Origin: Planctomycetota bacterium
GTDB taxonomy: Bacteria > Planctomycetota > Phycisphaerae > Phycisphaerales > Phycisphaeraceae
NCBI GenBank assembly: GCA_039033595.1
Contig: JBCCCG010000015.1
Span: forward strand, 32,007 to 96,006
Direction of reading: 5' to 3'
DNA: 64,000 nucleotides
Below the pieces are notes generated by a model that did not search any database, had not been told where the DNA came from, and saw only the letters and a list, made by a program, of their open reading frames with translations. Of this stretch, positions 37,360 through 46,301 are shown piece after piece (within the stretch, counting starts at the first letter, position 1; every line of letters starts with the position of its first letter). Made by a program: the position numbers and the translations under genes.

Positions 37360-39384
37360 CTACAAACGGGCGATGCGGCCGGGGGACGGGTTGGCTTTGC
37401 GGGACTCGACGTAGCGACGCAGCAGTTCGGCTTGCCGATCGGCGTCGCTGGGGGTCGGGTTTCCCGCCGGGGCGTCCGGCGCGGTGCGCATCAGGTCTTG
37501 TCGCAGTTTCTGGGCGTGGGTTTCCTGTTGGTGTTGGATCACGGTCTGGGCGGCGTCGAGGAGCGTGGCCTTGACCGGGGTGTAGTCGCTCGGGGTTTGG
37601 TCGTCTAAGTCGGATCCGGAATCGGCGGGCGGTTCGGGCAGGAGGCGGTCGAGTTCGGCGTCGGCGGTTGTGGCGAGTTTGATTAAGGCGTGTTCGCCGT
37701 CGATCGCCAGATCGCCGCAGAGCCCACGCAGTTCCACCGCTTGCCCGTCGGCTAAGGCCCCGTATACCCGTTCAAACAGCCGACGGTGCTCGGCGTGGGC
37801 GAGCTCGGCCGGTGAAATCGCTTCATCGACGGACGAGCCGTCGGGGAGCGTCGCGTGGAACAGGTTGTTGTGTCTCACCAAGGCCGCAATCAATCGCCTT
37901 TCCGCTTTTCCTACCGCTTGAAGTCTATGCCGAGTTTGCCCGATCGCAAGCCCGTCCGGGGCATTATTTTCCCTGTTATCAGCACTGCCCGGCCCCACAA
38001 TATCGGCCGGACCACCGCTTTCGGCCCCCGACTGATACGGATTCCGAGAAGATCGCGGCGTACGGTCTTTTAATGCCCGATCGACCGCGGCCTCGGACAT
38101 GTGCAGCATCTCGGCCAGCCGATTGACCACGAACGCCCGCCGGACCCCGCCGGTCTGGGCCAAGCCCAGCTCGACCAGTTGATTCATGAAGCCCTCGGCC
38201 ACCCGCTGCCGGCCCGTAATCGTGCCCGCGTCGTTTAGGTTCGCCTGGACCCGGTCGAACGCAAACGCCAGCGCTTCGCGGGCTGAGGCGAGCACCTGTT
38301 CCCACGCGTCGAGCCCCCTCGCCTTCATCAATTCATCCGGATCCTGACCGCCGGGCAGCACCGCGATGCTCACGTCGAGGTCGCCGGTCAGGAACACCTC
38401 GATCGCGCGGTCGGCGGCCTTCTGACCCGCGGCGTCGCCGTCCATGACCAGCACGACCTGTTCACAGTACCGCCGCAGCTCGCGGACGTGCTCGGCGGTC
38501 AGCGCGGTGCCCAACGCGGCGACCACATTGCGGGCCCCGGCCTGGTGGCAGGCGATGACGTCGGTGTAGCCCTCGACAATCACGGCGGTCTTGTCATCGA
38601 TGATGGGCTTCTTCGCGGCGTGCAGGCCGTAGAGCGTCGCGGACTTGTTGAACAAGGCCGTCTCGGGCGAGTTCAGATACTTCGGCTCGTCCTCGTCGCG
38701 GAGCTTGCGGCCGCCGAAAGCGATCGGCCGGCCGATCGCGTCGAAGATCGGGAACACCAGCCGGTGGCGGAGGAAGTCGAAATCACCGTCACCCGTTTTG
38801 CGGGGGCGGATGAGCTGGGCCTTCTCGAAACCGTCGCGGTCCCAGCCGCGTTCGCGGACCATCGTGACCAGACCGTCCCAGCGGTCCGGGGCGTAGCCGA
38901 GGCCGAAGGTCTCGACCATCTCCGGCGACACACCGCGTCGCTCGAGATAAGCCCGGGCGTCGGCGCCGTGGGTTTCATGCTTGAGCAGCGCCTTGAAAAA
39001 GCTCACCGCCGACTCGTTGGCGGCGGCGATGCGTTTGCGATCGGTCGGGCCCTGGTCATCCCCACCGCCCCCCGTGCCGTCGGGCCTCCAAGGCGTCAGC
39101 TCGATCCCGGCTTTTTCCGCCAGATACTTGAGCGACTCCACGAACCCCATCTTGTGGTAGTTCATCACGAACGAAAACGCGTCGCCGCCGGCCCCGCACG
39201 AAAAACACTTGTAGATCTGCTTCTGCGGGGACACCTGCATCGACGGGGTCTTGTCGTCGTGGAACGGGCACAGGCCCACAAACTCCTTGCCCTTGGGCCG
39301 GAGGTTGACCTGCTCACCGATCAACCGAACGATGTCGGTCGCGACTTGGACTTTCTCTTTATCGCCGTTGTCTCGGAAGCTCAT
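37360..39384 (-). CDS. dnaG: DNA primase
   Basis: It has the Zn finger CPFHDDKTPSMQVSPQKQIYKCFSCGAGGD and the Toprim motifs VIVEGYTDV and VLVMDGDAAG. Confidence 0.95.
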   Translation of the reverse strand: MSFRDNGDKEKVQVATDIVRLIGEQVNLRPKGKEFVGLCPFHDDKTPSMQVSPQKQIYKCFSCGAGGDAFSFVMNYHKMGFVESLKYLAEKAGIELTPWRPDGTGGGGDDQGPTDRKRIAAANESAVSFFKALLKHETHGADARAYLERRGVSPEMVETFGLGYAPDRWDGLVTMVRERGWDRDGFEKAQLIRPRKTGDGDFDFLRHRLVFPIFDAIGRPIAFGGRKLRDEDEPKYLNSPETALFNKSATLYGLHAAKKPIIDDKTAVIVEGYTDVIACHQAGARNVVAALGTALTAEHVRELRRYCEQVVLVMDGDAAGQKAADRAIEVFLTGDLDVSIAVLPGGQDPDELMKARGLDAWEQVLASAREALAFAFDRVQANLNDAGTITGRQRVAEGFMNQLVELGLAQTGGVRRAFVVNRLAEMLHMSEAAVDRALKDRTPRSSRNPYQSGAESGGPADIVGPGSADNRENNAPDGLAIGQTRHRLQAVGKAERRLIAALVRHNNLFHATLPDGSSVDEAISPAELAHAEHRRLFERVYGALADGQAVELRGLCGDLAIDGEHALIKLATTADAELDRLLPEPPADSGSDLDDQTPSDYTPVKATLLDAAQTVIQHQQETHAQKLRQDLMRTAPDAPAGNPTPSDADRQAELLRRYVESRKANPSPGRIARL

Positions 39385-39768
39385 ACAACGTCATCCGCCC
39401 TGGATCGGGGCAGTGCGTGGCGTGGTCATATCGGGTCTTGTCTCGAAACCAGGTTGACCATCGAACGGGTGGGTGTGGGTCGTCGCTCAATCGGGACCGC
39501 CGGGTGCGTCGGCGGTGTCGTCCGTGGCTCGATCCCACGCGGGTGTTATCGCGTGACGGAAGCGGGCGGAGCGTGTCGGCCGTGACTCGGCTCCGCGGTC
39601 GTGACTGTACTGCATGAACTCTTGCGTGCGGGCGAGGAAAGTCAAGCCCGCCCCGGGCAAAGCCCTATAAAACCTCAGCCCGCGGTCTCCCGAGTCGGCA
39701 TCCCTTACCGACCCGCTTTCTCCGGCCCCGCGAACCGCGCCCTCGGCGATGGCGCCCCGAAATCCAAT

Positions 39769-40044
39769 TCAACCCTCGGCCGCGGCCTCCGGTCGGTAGG
39801 CGTACTTCCGCTTCAGCGGCTTGACGATCAGGCCCATGCGGATCGCCTTGGCCGAGGCCTTGACCTTACGGACGCTGCCGTCTTCCATGAGCGCGTTGAC
39901 GGTCTGGATGTTGGGCTTGAACTTACGCTTGGTCTTGCCGGTGATCTTGGTACCGACACCGCCGAGGTACTTTTTCTTACCACGAAGGGTGTAGGTGTGG
40001 CCGGTTCCGGTGCGGCGTCCAGTAAATTCGCAGACTCGTGGCAT
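39769..40044 (-). CDS. rpmB: 50S ribosomal protein L28
   Basis: In-frame ATG 40044 gives MPRVCEFTGRRTGTGHTYTLRGKKKYLGGVGTKITGKTKRKFKPNIQ (L28 signature). Confidence 0.93.
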   Translation of the reverse strand: MPRVCEFTGRRTGTGHTYTLRGKKKYLGGVGTKITGKTKRKFKPNIQTVNALMEDGSVRKVKASAKAIRMGLIVKPLKRKYAYRPEAAAEG

Positions 40045-40330
40045 GGCGGATAATCCGTAGCTGATGGCGTCGAATGTGGTAGATGAATCTCCACGCCCGA
40101 GGTTGGCGCAGATTTTCGAGTCGCGTAGTGTATGAGATCGCGTCGGGGGCCGCAACCCGCAGCCGTCACGTCAATCCTGCGAATTTTCTGCCCATCACCC
40201 TTTCCGGCCAGACTCCCTCCGATTTCCCGTCATTCTCCAGGATCCGCGGCGCCCACGAGATCGCCACCCTACAACGGCTGTTGATCCTGACCGCTGCGTC
40301 CGGCTGCTGTGCCTGCTGGGCCAAATTGTC

Positions 40331-40594
40331 GTGGCCGTCGCCATTCCCGAGGCGATGAATGTGATCCAACTGGTGTATCTGCTCGCCGCGCTCGCTTCGC
40401 TGACGTTTATCATCCTGCTCGCGGCCAAGCTCTACAGTATCGGCATCGCTGTTATGTTCGGGATATTGGGCCTCATCCCTTTGGTCGGCTTGATTATCCT
40501 GCTCAGCGTGAACAACAAGGCGACCCAAGCCCTGCGTGAGGCGGGCTATGAAGTGGGTTTCTGGGGAGCGTCAAAACACCCTAAATCATTTTAA
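40331..40594 (+). CDS. small membrane protein (2 TM)
   Basis: It has hydrophobic helices VIQLVYLLAALASLTFIILLAA and IAVMFGILGLIPLVGLIILL. An alternative ATG lies at 40355. GC is lower than the surroundings. Confidence 0.5.
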   Translation: MAVAIPEAMNVIQLVYLLAALASLTFIILLAAKLYSIGIAVMFGILGLIPLVGLIILLSVNNKATQALREAGYEVGFWGASKHPKSF

Positions 40595-40599
40595 TAAAA

Positions 40600-40935
40600 T
40601 TGCCTACATCAAAATCCCCGGCCCCTTGCGAACTCTGCGGCCGATCGGGACTGCCACTGACCAAGCACCACCTGATCCCCAAGGCCCGGCATAACAAGCC
40701 GCGGACGCGGCGGACCCACGCCCGGGAAAACCTGCACGCCGCGATCGCCATGCTCTGTCGGCCGTGCCACGACACGGTCCACTACTACCTCACCGAGCAG
40801 GAACTGGCCGAGGCCTATCACACCCTCGAAGCCCTGCGGCAACACCCCGGGATCGCGAAATTCGCTCGCTGGGCCGCCAAGCAGGCGATCGATCGCCGGG
40901 TCGCGACCAAACGCCCCAACGCCCGCCGCCGGTGA
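40600..40935 (+). CDS. small HNH-motif nuclease-like protein
   Basis: CELCG..TKHHLIPK...CRPCHDTVH gives a CxxC / HH / CxxCH arrangement. TTG start lies 5 nt after the previous stop. Confidence 0.55.
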   Translation: MPTSKSPAPCELCGRSGLPLTKHHLIPKARHNKPRTRRTHARENLHAAIAMLCRPCHDTVHYYLTEQELAEAYHTLEALRQHPGIAKFARWAAKQAIDRRVATKRPNARRR

Positions 40936-40960
40936 CTTCCGCCCACCTGTCAGACCCGCG

Positions 40961-41302
40961 TCACGCCATGCTCTTCGCCGCCGCGTCGATGCTCGGGTAG
41001 ATCCCGAACACCTTGTCGAGCTTCATGATCGCCAGCACCTCGGCGACGATCTTCTGCACGTTGGCCAGCCGCACCTCGCCGTCCTTGGCCTTGAGCCGGG
41101 ACTGCATCCGTACCAGCATGCCCAGCCCCATCGACGAGATCGAATTCAGCTTCCCGCAGTCCAGGACAAGCTTGTTGAACTCGTCGGTCATCTCCCGGTC
41201 GAGGCGGGCCTGCAGGTCTTTGACGTCGTTGACGCCGAGGTCGCCGCGGAGCATGACCACGAGCACGTCGCTGCCGTGGGGGTAGGTCTGGATGTCGATC
41301 AT
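40961..41302 (-). CDS. STAS-domain anti-sigma-factor antagonist
   Basis: ATG 41302 gives MIDIQTYPHGSDVLVVMLRGDL...LVLDCGKLNSISSMGLGMLV...VRLANV..VAEVLAIMKLDKVF (SpoIIAA/RsbV-like, with Ser in NSISSMGLG). Confidence 0.85.
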   Translation of the reverse strand: MIDIQTYPHGSDVLVVMLRGDLGVNDVKDLQARLDREMTDEFNKLVLDCGKLNSISSMGLGMLVRMQSRLKAKDGEVRLANVQKIVAEVLAIMKLDKVFGIYPSIDAAAKSMA

Positions 41303-41438
41303 GGCGGGAGAAACTCCGGGGACTTGGGCGTCGCGGGGCCGCGTCGGCGGCCACTGTGATGAAGCGACCCTAGTCGGAGAGCGCCGGCCGAGATTGTACG
41401 ATCGTGCCCCGGGCGGGGTTTTCGACGAGCGCGCGGGA

Positions 41439-42209
41439 TCAGCCGATCGGCGGGAACGGGGCGTCCGGCAGGGTCTGGCCCGGCTCGAGCTCCAACGCAT
41501 CGGTCACGCCGTGCCCGGCCTCTCCGGAGAAAGCCGTGCCGCGGTCCACGAAGATCGCCACGTGCGCGATCCGCGGCTCGTCGGTGTGGTTGGGCGTCGC
41601 CATGTGGGCGCACCGGCCGTGGTGGAACGTGCAGTCGCCCGCCCGCAGCGGAACCGTGACGCGGGGCCTCCATCGGAAGTCCGGGCAGATCGACATCAAG
41701 CTCCCGGCGTCACCGAGGTCCTGCGCCCGCAGGTCCGTCCGCACCTGTGAGCCCGGGATGAAGGTCATGCACCCACGTTCCACCGGCACGTCGCACAGCG
41801 CGATCCACATCGAGATCGGGTGCGACGAGTTCGTATGGGGCCAGTACGGCTGGTCTTGGTGGAACTCGGTGGCCGCGCCGTTGCGGGGCGCCTTGATCAA
41901 GATCTGGTCGTGCCACAGCCGCAAGGGGACGCCCGCCAACCGTGTCGCCGCCGCGGCGACACGCGGATCGAGGGTCAACCGGCGCATCGTTTCGTCGAGT
42001 TGCCAGGCGTTGACGTGCTGGCTGAACACGTCTTGCCCCCCCTTCTTGTTGTAATCCGCGTGCTCGGCCGCGAACCGCTCTGCGGCCCGCCCCCATTCCA
42101 GCGCCTCGCGGCGGTCGACGATACCCGGCACTCGCACAAATCCGTCACGTCGGTAATCCGACACCATCTCGTCGGTCACGGCGTCAGATATTTTTGAGTT
42201 CTGATTCAA
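41439..42209 (-). CDS. phytanoyl-CoA dioxygenase (PhyH) family Fe(II)/2OG oxygenase
   Basis: It has EFHQDQPYWPH (HxD) and a distal H in CAHMATPNH. TTG 42209 is preceded by GGAG 8 nt upstream. The track ORF extends to 42335. Confidence 0.8.
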   Translation of the reverse strand: MNQNSKISDAVTDEMVSDYRRDGFVRVPGIVDRREALEWGRAAERFAAEHADYNKKGGQDVFSQHVNAWQLDETMRRLTLDPRVAAAATRLAGVPLRLWHDQILIKAPRNGAATEFHQDQPYWPHTNSSHPISMWIALCDVPVERGCMTFIPGSQVRTDLRAQDLGDAGSLMSICPDFRWRPRVTVPLRAGDCTFHHGRCAHMATPNHTDEPRIAHVAIFVDRGTAFSGEAGHGVTDALELEPGQTLPDAPFPPIG

Positions 42210-42306
42210 GGCTATATCTCCTGAAAAAACAGTAAAATTGAGAATCCACCATAGATGAACCGTCGGCTTTGCGTTAGGATGGCGTCGCCCAAGACATAGC
42301 ACGAAA

Positions 42307-43173
42307 TTGATAAACAAGATCGAACCCCAAACCAATGCGACCTACCGTGCCTCCACCGGCCGCCGCGTCTGGGGCGGGCGGGTCCGGGTTGACCGCCCGG
42401 TTTATCGCCACGACCACGAGTTCTTCGAGATCGCCGTGATCGTCGCGGGTACCGGCCGACACCAGACGCTGTACGGCGAGACGGCCCTGCGGGTCCGGGA
42501 CGTGGTCCTCCTCCAACCCGGGGCTTGGCACAGCTACGCCGCCCCGCGTGGCCTGGTGGTGCGCAATTGGTGCGTCCACGCTTCCGTGATCCGCCACGAA
42601 TTGCACTGGCTGCTCCACGAGCCGGGCTACGCTAACCTGCTCTGGCATCGCCCCGCCGACGCTGATCAGGCGGGTCTGGCCCTGACCCGGTTGGATCGCG
42701 AGGCGTTCGTTCACGCTGAGTTGCTCGGCGAGCGCGAAGACGCCGACGGCTTCGCCGAACAGGTCCGCGCCGTCGGAGCGGTGATCGAACTGCTGGCGAT
42801 GATTGTTTCGGCCGCGGGCTACCCCCGAGACACGGAAGACCGGTTGCGACCGCACCGCGCGGTGCTCGCCGCGGTGTCGCTATTGAACGAGACGTACGCC
42901 GAGCCCTGGTCTTTGCCGCGGATCGCCCGGCGGGTCCACGTCGAACCGTCGTACCTCGCCCGGTTGTTCACGCGGCACACGGGGCTGCCGCCCATGGCAT
43001 ACCTCAACCGCCTCCGCCTGGAGCGTGCCGCCGCCCTGCTTTTGTCCGGCGAACTCCCGGTCGGCGTCGTCGGCCAACGCGTCGGCCTCGACGACCCGAA
43101 CTACTTCGCCCGTCGGTTCCGGCAACACTTCGGCCAAAGCCCATCCGGGTTCCGCGCACAACACCTGGCGTGA
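42307..43173 (+). CDS. AraC-family transcriptional regulator (cupin + HTH)
   Basis: It has an N-terminal cupin (HDHEFFEIAVIVAG). The C-terminal HTH pair is WSLPRIARRVHVEPSYLARLFTRHTG...VGVVGQRVGLDDPNYFARRFRQHFGQSP. It is divergent from the PhyH gene. Confidence 0.85.
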   Translation: MINKIEPQTNATYRASTGRRVWGGRVRVDRPVYRHDHEFFEIAVIVAGTGRHQTLYGETALRVRDVVLLQPGAWHSYAAPRGLVVRNWCVHASVIRHELHWLLHEPGYANLLWHRPADADQAGLALTRLDREAFVHAELLGEREDADGFAEQVRAVGAVIELLAMIVSAAGYPRDTEDRLRPHRAVLAAVSLLNETYAEPWSLPRIARRVHVEPSYLARLFTRHTGLPPMAYLNRLRLERAAALLLSGELPVGVVGQRVGLDDPNYFARRFRQHFGQSPSGFRAQHLA

Positions 43174-43270
43174 CACGGCGGATGGCCAACCGCCCGATCC
43201 GCTGTATTTCGTTGAGGTTTTCGGCCTTCGGACCCGCCGCACGTTCGGGGCGTCGGCTACACTGACCCGA

Positions 43271-44608
43271 ATGGAAACCGGCCAACGCGAAAAACTCGCC
43301 GTCGCCAGCGAACGGGCCGTGCTCGTCGCCTGCCTGCTGCCCGACACGGAAGTGAACCCCCACGATCCGCTGGACGAGCTGCGCGCCCTCGCGGAGACCG
43401 CGGGCGCGGTCGTCGTCGACGAGATGCTCCAGAAACGCCAGAAGCCCTCGGCGAAATCCTTCCTGGGCAAAGGCAAGGTCCAGGAACTCGCCGAACGCGT
43501 GAAGCTCCATCAAGCCCAGGTCGTCATCCTCGAAAACGACCTGTCGCCCTCACAGATCGGCAACATCGAAAAAGTCTGCGAGGTCAAGGTCCTGGACCGC
43601 AGCGAGTTGATTCTCGACATCTTCGCCGCCCGGGCCCGCACCCACGAAGCCCGGCTGCAGGTCGAACTCGCCCAACTCGAATACACCTACCCCCGCCTCC
43701 GGGCGATGTGGACCCACCTCGAGCGCATCGTCGGCGGCGCCCCCGCGGGCATCGGCACCCGCGGGCCGGGTGAACAACAGCTCGAGATCGACCGCCGGAT
43801 CGTGCAGCGCAAGAAGTCGATCCTCAAGAAGGAGATCGCCTCGCTCCAGTCCCGCAAGACCCGCGAGGTCGAGTCGCGCAACACCGATCACTTCACGGTC
43901 GGCCTGGTCGGCTACACCAACGCCGGAAAATCCACGCTCTTCAACACCGTCACCGACGCCGACGCCTACGCCGCCGACCAGCTGTTCGCCACACTCAGCA
44001 CCCGCACGCGGGAGTGGAAGCTGGGCAACGGCGACACGGTCATGCTGTCCGACACGGTCGGCTTCGTCCGCAACCTGCCCCACCACCTCGTCGCCTCGTT
44101 CAAGGCCACGCTGGAGGAGGCCGTTCACAGCCACCTGCTGCTGGTGGTGCTCGACGTCTCCGACCCGCACTGCCTCCGGCAACTCGCGACGGTCAACACG
44201 GTACTCGAAGACATCGGCGCCACCGACCAGCCGCGCATCCTGGTGCTCAACAAGATCGACAAGGTCGACCACAACGCCGACCTGCTGCTCCTGCAGAAGC
44301 AGCACCCCGAAGCGATCTCGCTCTCGGCCGCAACCGGGCGGAACGTCGACACGCTCGTCGAAGCCGTGCGCGATCAACTGCACGGCGGAACCGTGACGCT
44401 CACGCTCGACCTCGCCCAGGCCGACGGCAAGGCGCTGACGTTCCTCGAGAACCGCGCCACCGTCATCGACCGCGACTACCGGGACACCCGTGTCCACATG
44501 ACCGTGAAGATCGGCCGTCGGCAGCTCGACCAACTCCAATCGATGGGCACCAGCGCGATCCTTCCCGAGGAGTTCGTCGGCGCCGCGGGCGGCGGTTGGG
44601 GCCGGTAA
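43271..44608 (+). CDS. hflX: GTPase HflX
   Basis: It has the HflX N-domain (GKGKVQEL...DLSPSQIGNIEK), the coiled LQVELAQLEY, and G1 GYTNAGKSTLFN, G3 DTVGF and G4 NKID. Start at ATG 43271. Confidence 0.93.
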   Translation: METGQREKLAVASERAVLVACLLPDTEVNPHDPLDELRALAETAGAVVVDEMLQKRQKPSAKSFLGKGKVQELAERVKLHQAQVVILENDLSPSQIGNIEKVCEVKVLDRSELILDIFAARARTHEARLQVELAQLEYTYPRLRAMWTHLERIVGGAPAGIGTRGPGEQQLEIDRRIVQRKKSILKKEIASLQSRKTREVESRNTDHFTVGLVGYTNAGKSTLFNTVTDADAYAADQLFATLSTRTREWKLGNGDTVMLSDTVGFVRNLPHHLVASFKATLEEAVHSHLLLVVLDVSDPHCLRQLATVNTVLEDIGATDQPRILVLNKIDKVDHNADLLLLQKQHPEAISLSAATGRNVDTLVEAVRDQLHGGTVTLTLDLAQADGKALTFLENRATVIDRDYRDTRVHMTVKIGRRQLDQLQSMGTSAILPEEFVGAAGGGWGR

Positions 44609-44858
44609 TCCGGTGCTGATCCGGCGGGCGTAGGGGGTTCTCCCATGCGGGGCGTCCGCTAACTCGGCGCGGGGATTAACTTAGCCGTAGTGTTGGCGTT
44701 TTTTCGCTTTCGCGGCCCCTTGGCACTCAAGCCAGGGTGGGATCCGGGAGATATCACTGCAGGGTCTGGTGCGATTACTTTCGAGCCAGACAATGTATTG
44801 ATTTGCCGCCACCGCCCCCCGACCGGGGGCGCGGTATCTGAACCGAGAGAACCGTGCC

Positions 44859-45950
44859 ATGACATCTGCTTCCGCCAAGCCCGCCGAGACCGCCGCCGAA
44901 GACCACAGCCCCGAGCACATCGCCGAGCTGGCCGAGAACCTGATGAACGGCCTGGGCGACGCGCTCAAACAGATCGGCAAGGTCAACGAAGAAACCCGCA
45001 TGCTGTCGTTTAACGCCTCGATCGAGGCCGCCCGCGCCGGCGGCTCGTCGGGCAAGGCGTTCGGCATCGTCGCCGAGGCCATCCGCGACCTCTCGGATCG
45101 CACCGCCGAGGTCGCCGAGACCATGAACAGCCAGACCGGCAGCGTCACCGGAGAGCTACGCAACTCGCTTGAGGTGCTCTCCAAAGACGTACGTGGCGTC
45201 CGCCTCACCGACCTGGCGCTGACCAATATCGACCTGATCGACCGCAACCTGTTCGAACGGTCCTGCGACGTGCGTTGGTGGGCGACCGACAGCAGCCTGG
45301 TCGACGCTCTGGCGGATGAAGACGGGGACCCCGCGAAGCTGGCTTTCGCCAGCAAGCGCCTGGGCGTGATCCTCTCGGCCTACACGATCTACCACGACCT
45401 GGTCCTCGCCGACGCGTCGGGCAAGGTTGTGGCCAACGGCAAGCCGAACGAGTATTCGTCGCAGGGCGCGAACGTCTCCGACAAGGTCTGGTTCACCGAC
45501 GCCATGGCGACCAATTCCGGCGAAGAATACGCCTTCGAGACGCTGCACGAATCGCCGCTGATCGACGGCGAGCGCACGCTGGCGTATTCCTGCGCCGTCC
45601 GCACCGGCGGCGAGGCCCACGGCAAGCCGCTCGGCGTGCTGGGCATCCTCTTCGACTGGGACAGCCTCGCCCAGACGATTATGAACGACGTCTCGCTGTC
45701 GGCCGAGGAGAAGAAGCGCAGCCGCGTCTGCCTCGTTGACGACGACGGCCTGATCCTCGCCGACACCCAGGGCCAGATGCTCAGGGCCAAGGTCCCGCTC
45801 AAGAGCCCCGGCCGCGTGCTCACGCAGAACAACCACTACGTCATGGACGACTACGACGGCGCCCCGTCGGTCATCGCCCACGCCTACGCCCCGGGGTACG
45901 AGGGCTACACGACGGGGTGGCACTCGCTGATTATCCAGAAATTGGCTTGA
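44859..45950 (+). CDS. soluble protein with an MCP signalling-tip fragment followed by a PAS/Cache-like sensor domain
   Basis: The N-terminal MLSFNASIEAARAGGSSGKAFGIVAEAIRDLSDRTAE is the conserved MCP hairpin-tip motif. There are no TM helices. The C-terminal roughly 250 aa has a Cache/PAS-like pattern (YTIYHDLVLADASGKVVANG...NVSDKVWF...GVLGILFDW). Confidence 0.7.
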   Translation: MTSASAKPAETAAEDHSPEHIAELAENLMNGLGDALKQIGKVNEETRMLSFNASIEAARAGGSSGKAFGIVAEAIRDLSDRTAEVAETMNSQTGSVTGELRNSLEVLSKDVRGVRLTDLALTNIDLIDRNLFERSCDVRWWATDSSLVDALADEDGDPAKLAFASKRLGVILSAYTIYHDLVLADASGKVVANGKPNEYSSQGANVSDKVWFTDAMATNSGEEYAFETLHESPLIDGERTLAYSCAVRTGGEAHGKPLGVLGILFDWDSLAQTIMNDVSLSAEEKKRSRVCLVDDDGLILADTQGQMLRAKVPLKSPGRVLTQNNHYVMDDYDGAPSVIAHAYAPGYEGYTTGWHSLIIQKLA

Positions 45951-45969
45951 GCTTGGTGTTAGGGAAATC

Positions 45970-46071
45970 TTGAATCTCCAGCCACGCTCCGACGGCAAAG
46001 CCAAGCCGTATCAAGTCAAACAAACGCGGTCTACCATTACCCGGTACAAGATCGGATTGGACGACGCATGA
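45970..46071 (+). pseudogene. possible 3' remnant of a hicA toxin gene
   Basis: The frame is open only from 45931. The peptide ..SDGKAKPYQVKQTRSTITRY.. resembles the C-terminal G-x-DG-x-DAKPYQ tail of some HicA toxins (from memory). Its stop forms ATGA with the hicB start. The N-terminal half is absent. Confidence 0.3.
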
Positions 46072-46259
46072 AATACGAATCCATTATCTACTGGAGTGAA
46101 GAAGATCAGGCGTTTATCGCCGAGATCCCCGAGCTGGCCGGCTGAATGGCAGACGGCCCGACCCAAGCCGAGGCCCTCGCCGCCGCCGAATGGATCGATA
46201 CGGCCCGCGAACTCGGCCAAACGATCCCTGAACCCAAAGGACGTTTGACCTTTGCTTGA
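46068..46259 (+). pseudogene. hicB: hicB-family antitoxin interrupted by in-frame TGA
   Basis: The translation is MKYESIIYWSEEDQAFIAEIPELAG*MADGPTQAEALAAAEWIDTARELGQTIPEPKGRLTFA. This is collinear with UPF0150/HicB antitoxins (..PELPGCMADG..), with TGA at 46143-46145 where Cys is expected. Neither half appears in the ORF track. Confidence 0.6.
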
Positions 46260-46301
46260 TTTCATACTCTGGTGAAATCAAACAACGTGAGGCCGTACCG
46301 G

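Noticed and set aside
39522-39538. tRNA T-arm-like hairpin CGTGG-CTCGATC-CCACG in the rpmB-dnaG spacer
   Set aside because: No acceptor stem complementarity or D/anticodon arms could be built around it on either strand, and the loop lacks the TTC start.
46143-46145. In-frame TGA in hicB as a selenocysteine codon (it replaces a Cys)
   Set aside because: No SECIS-like hairpin lies immediately downstream. The gene sits in a decaying low-GC remnant next to a truncated toxin, so a nonsense mutation is the simpler explanation.
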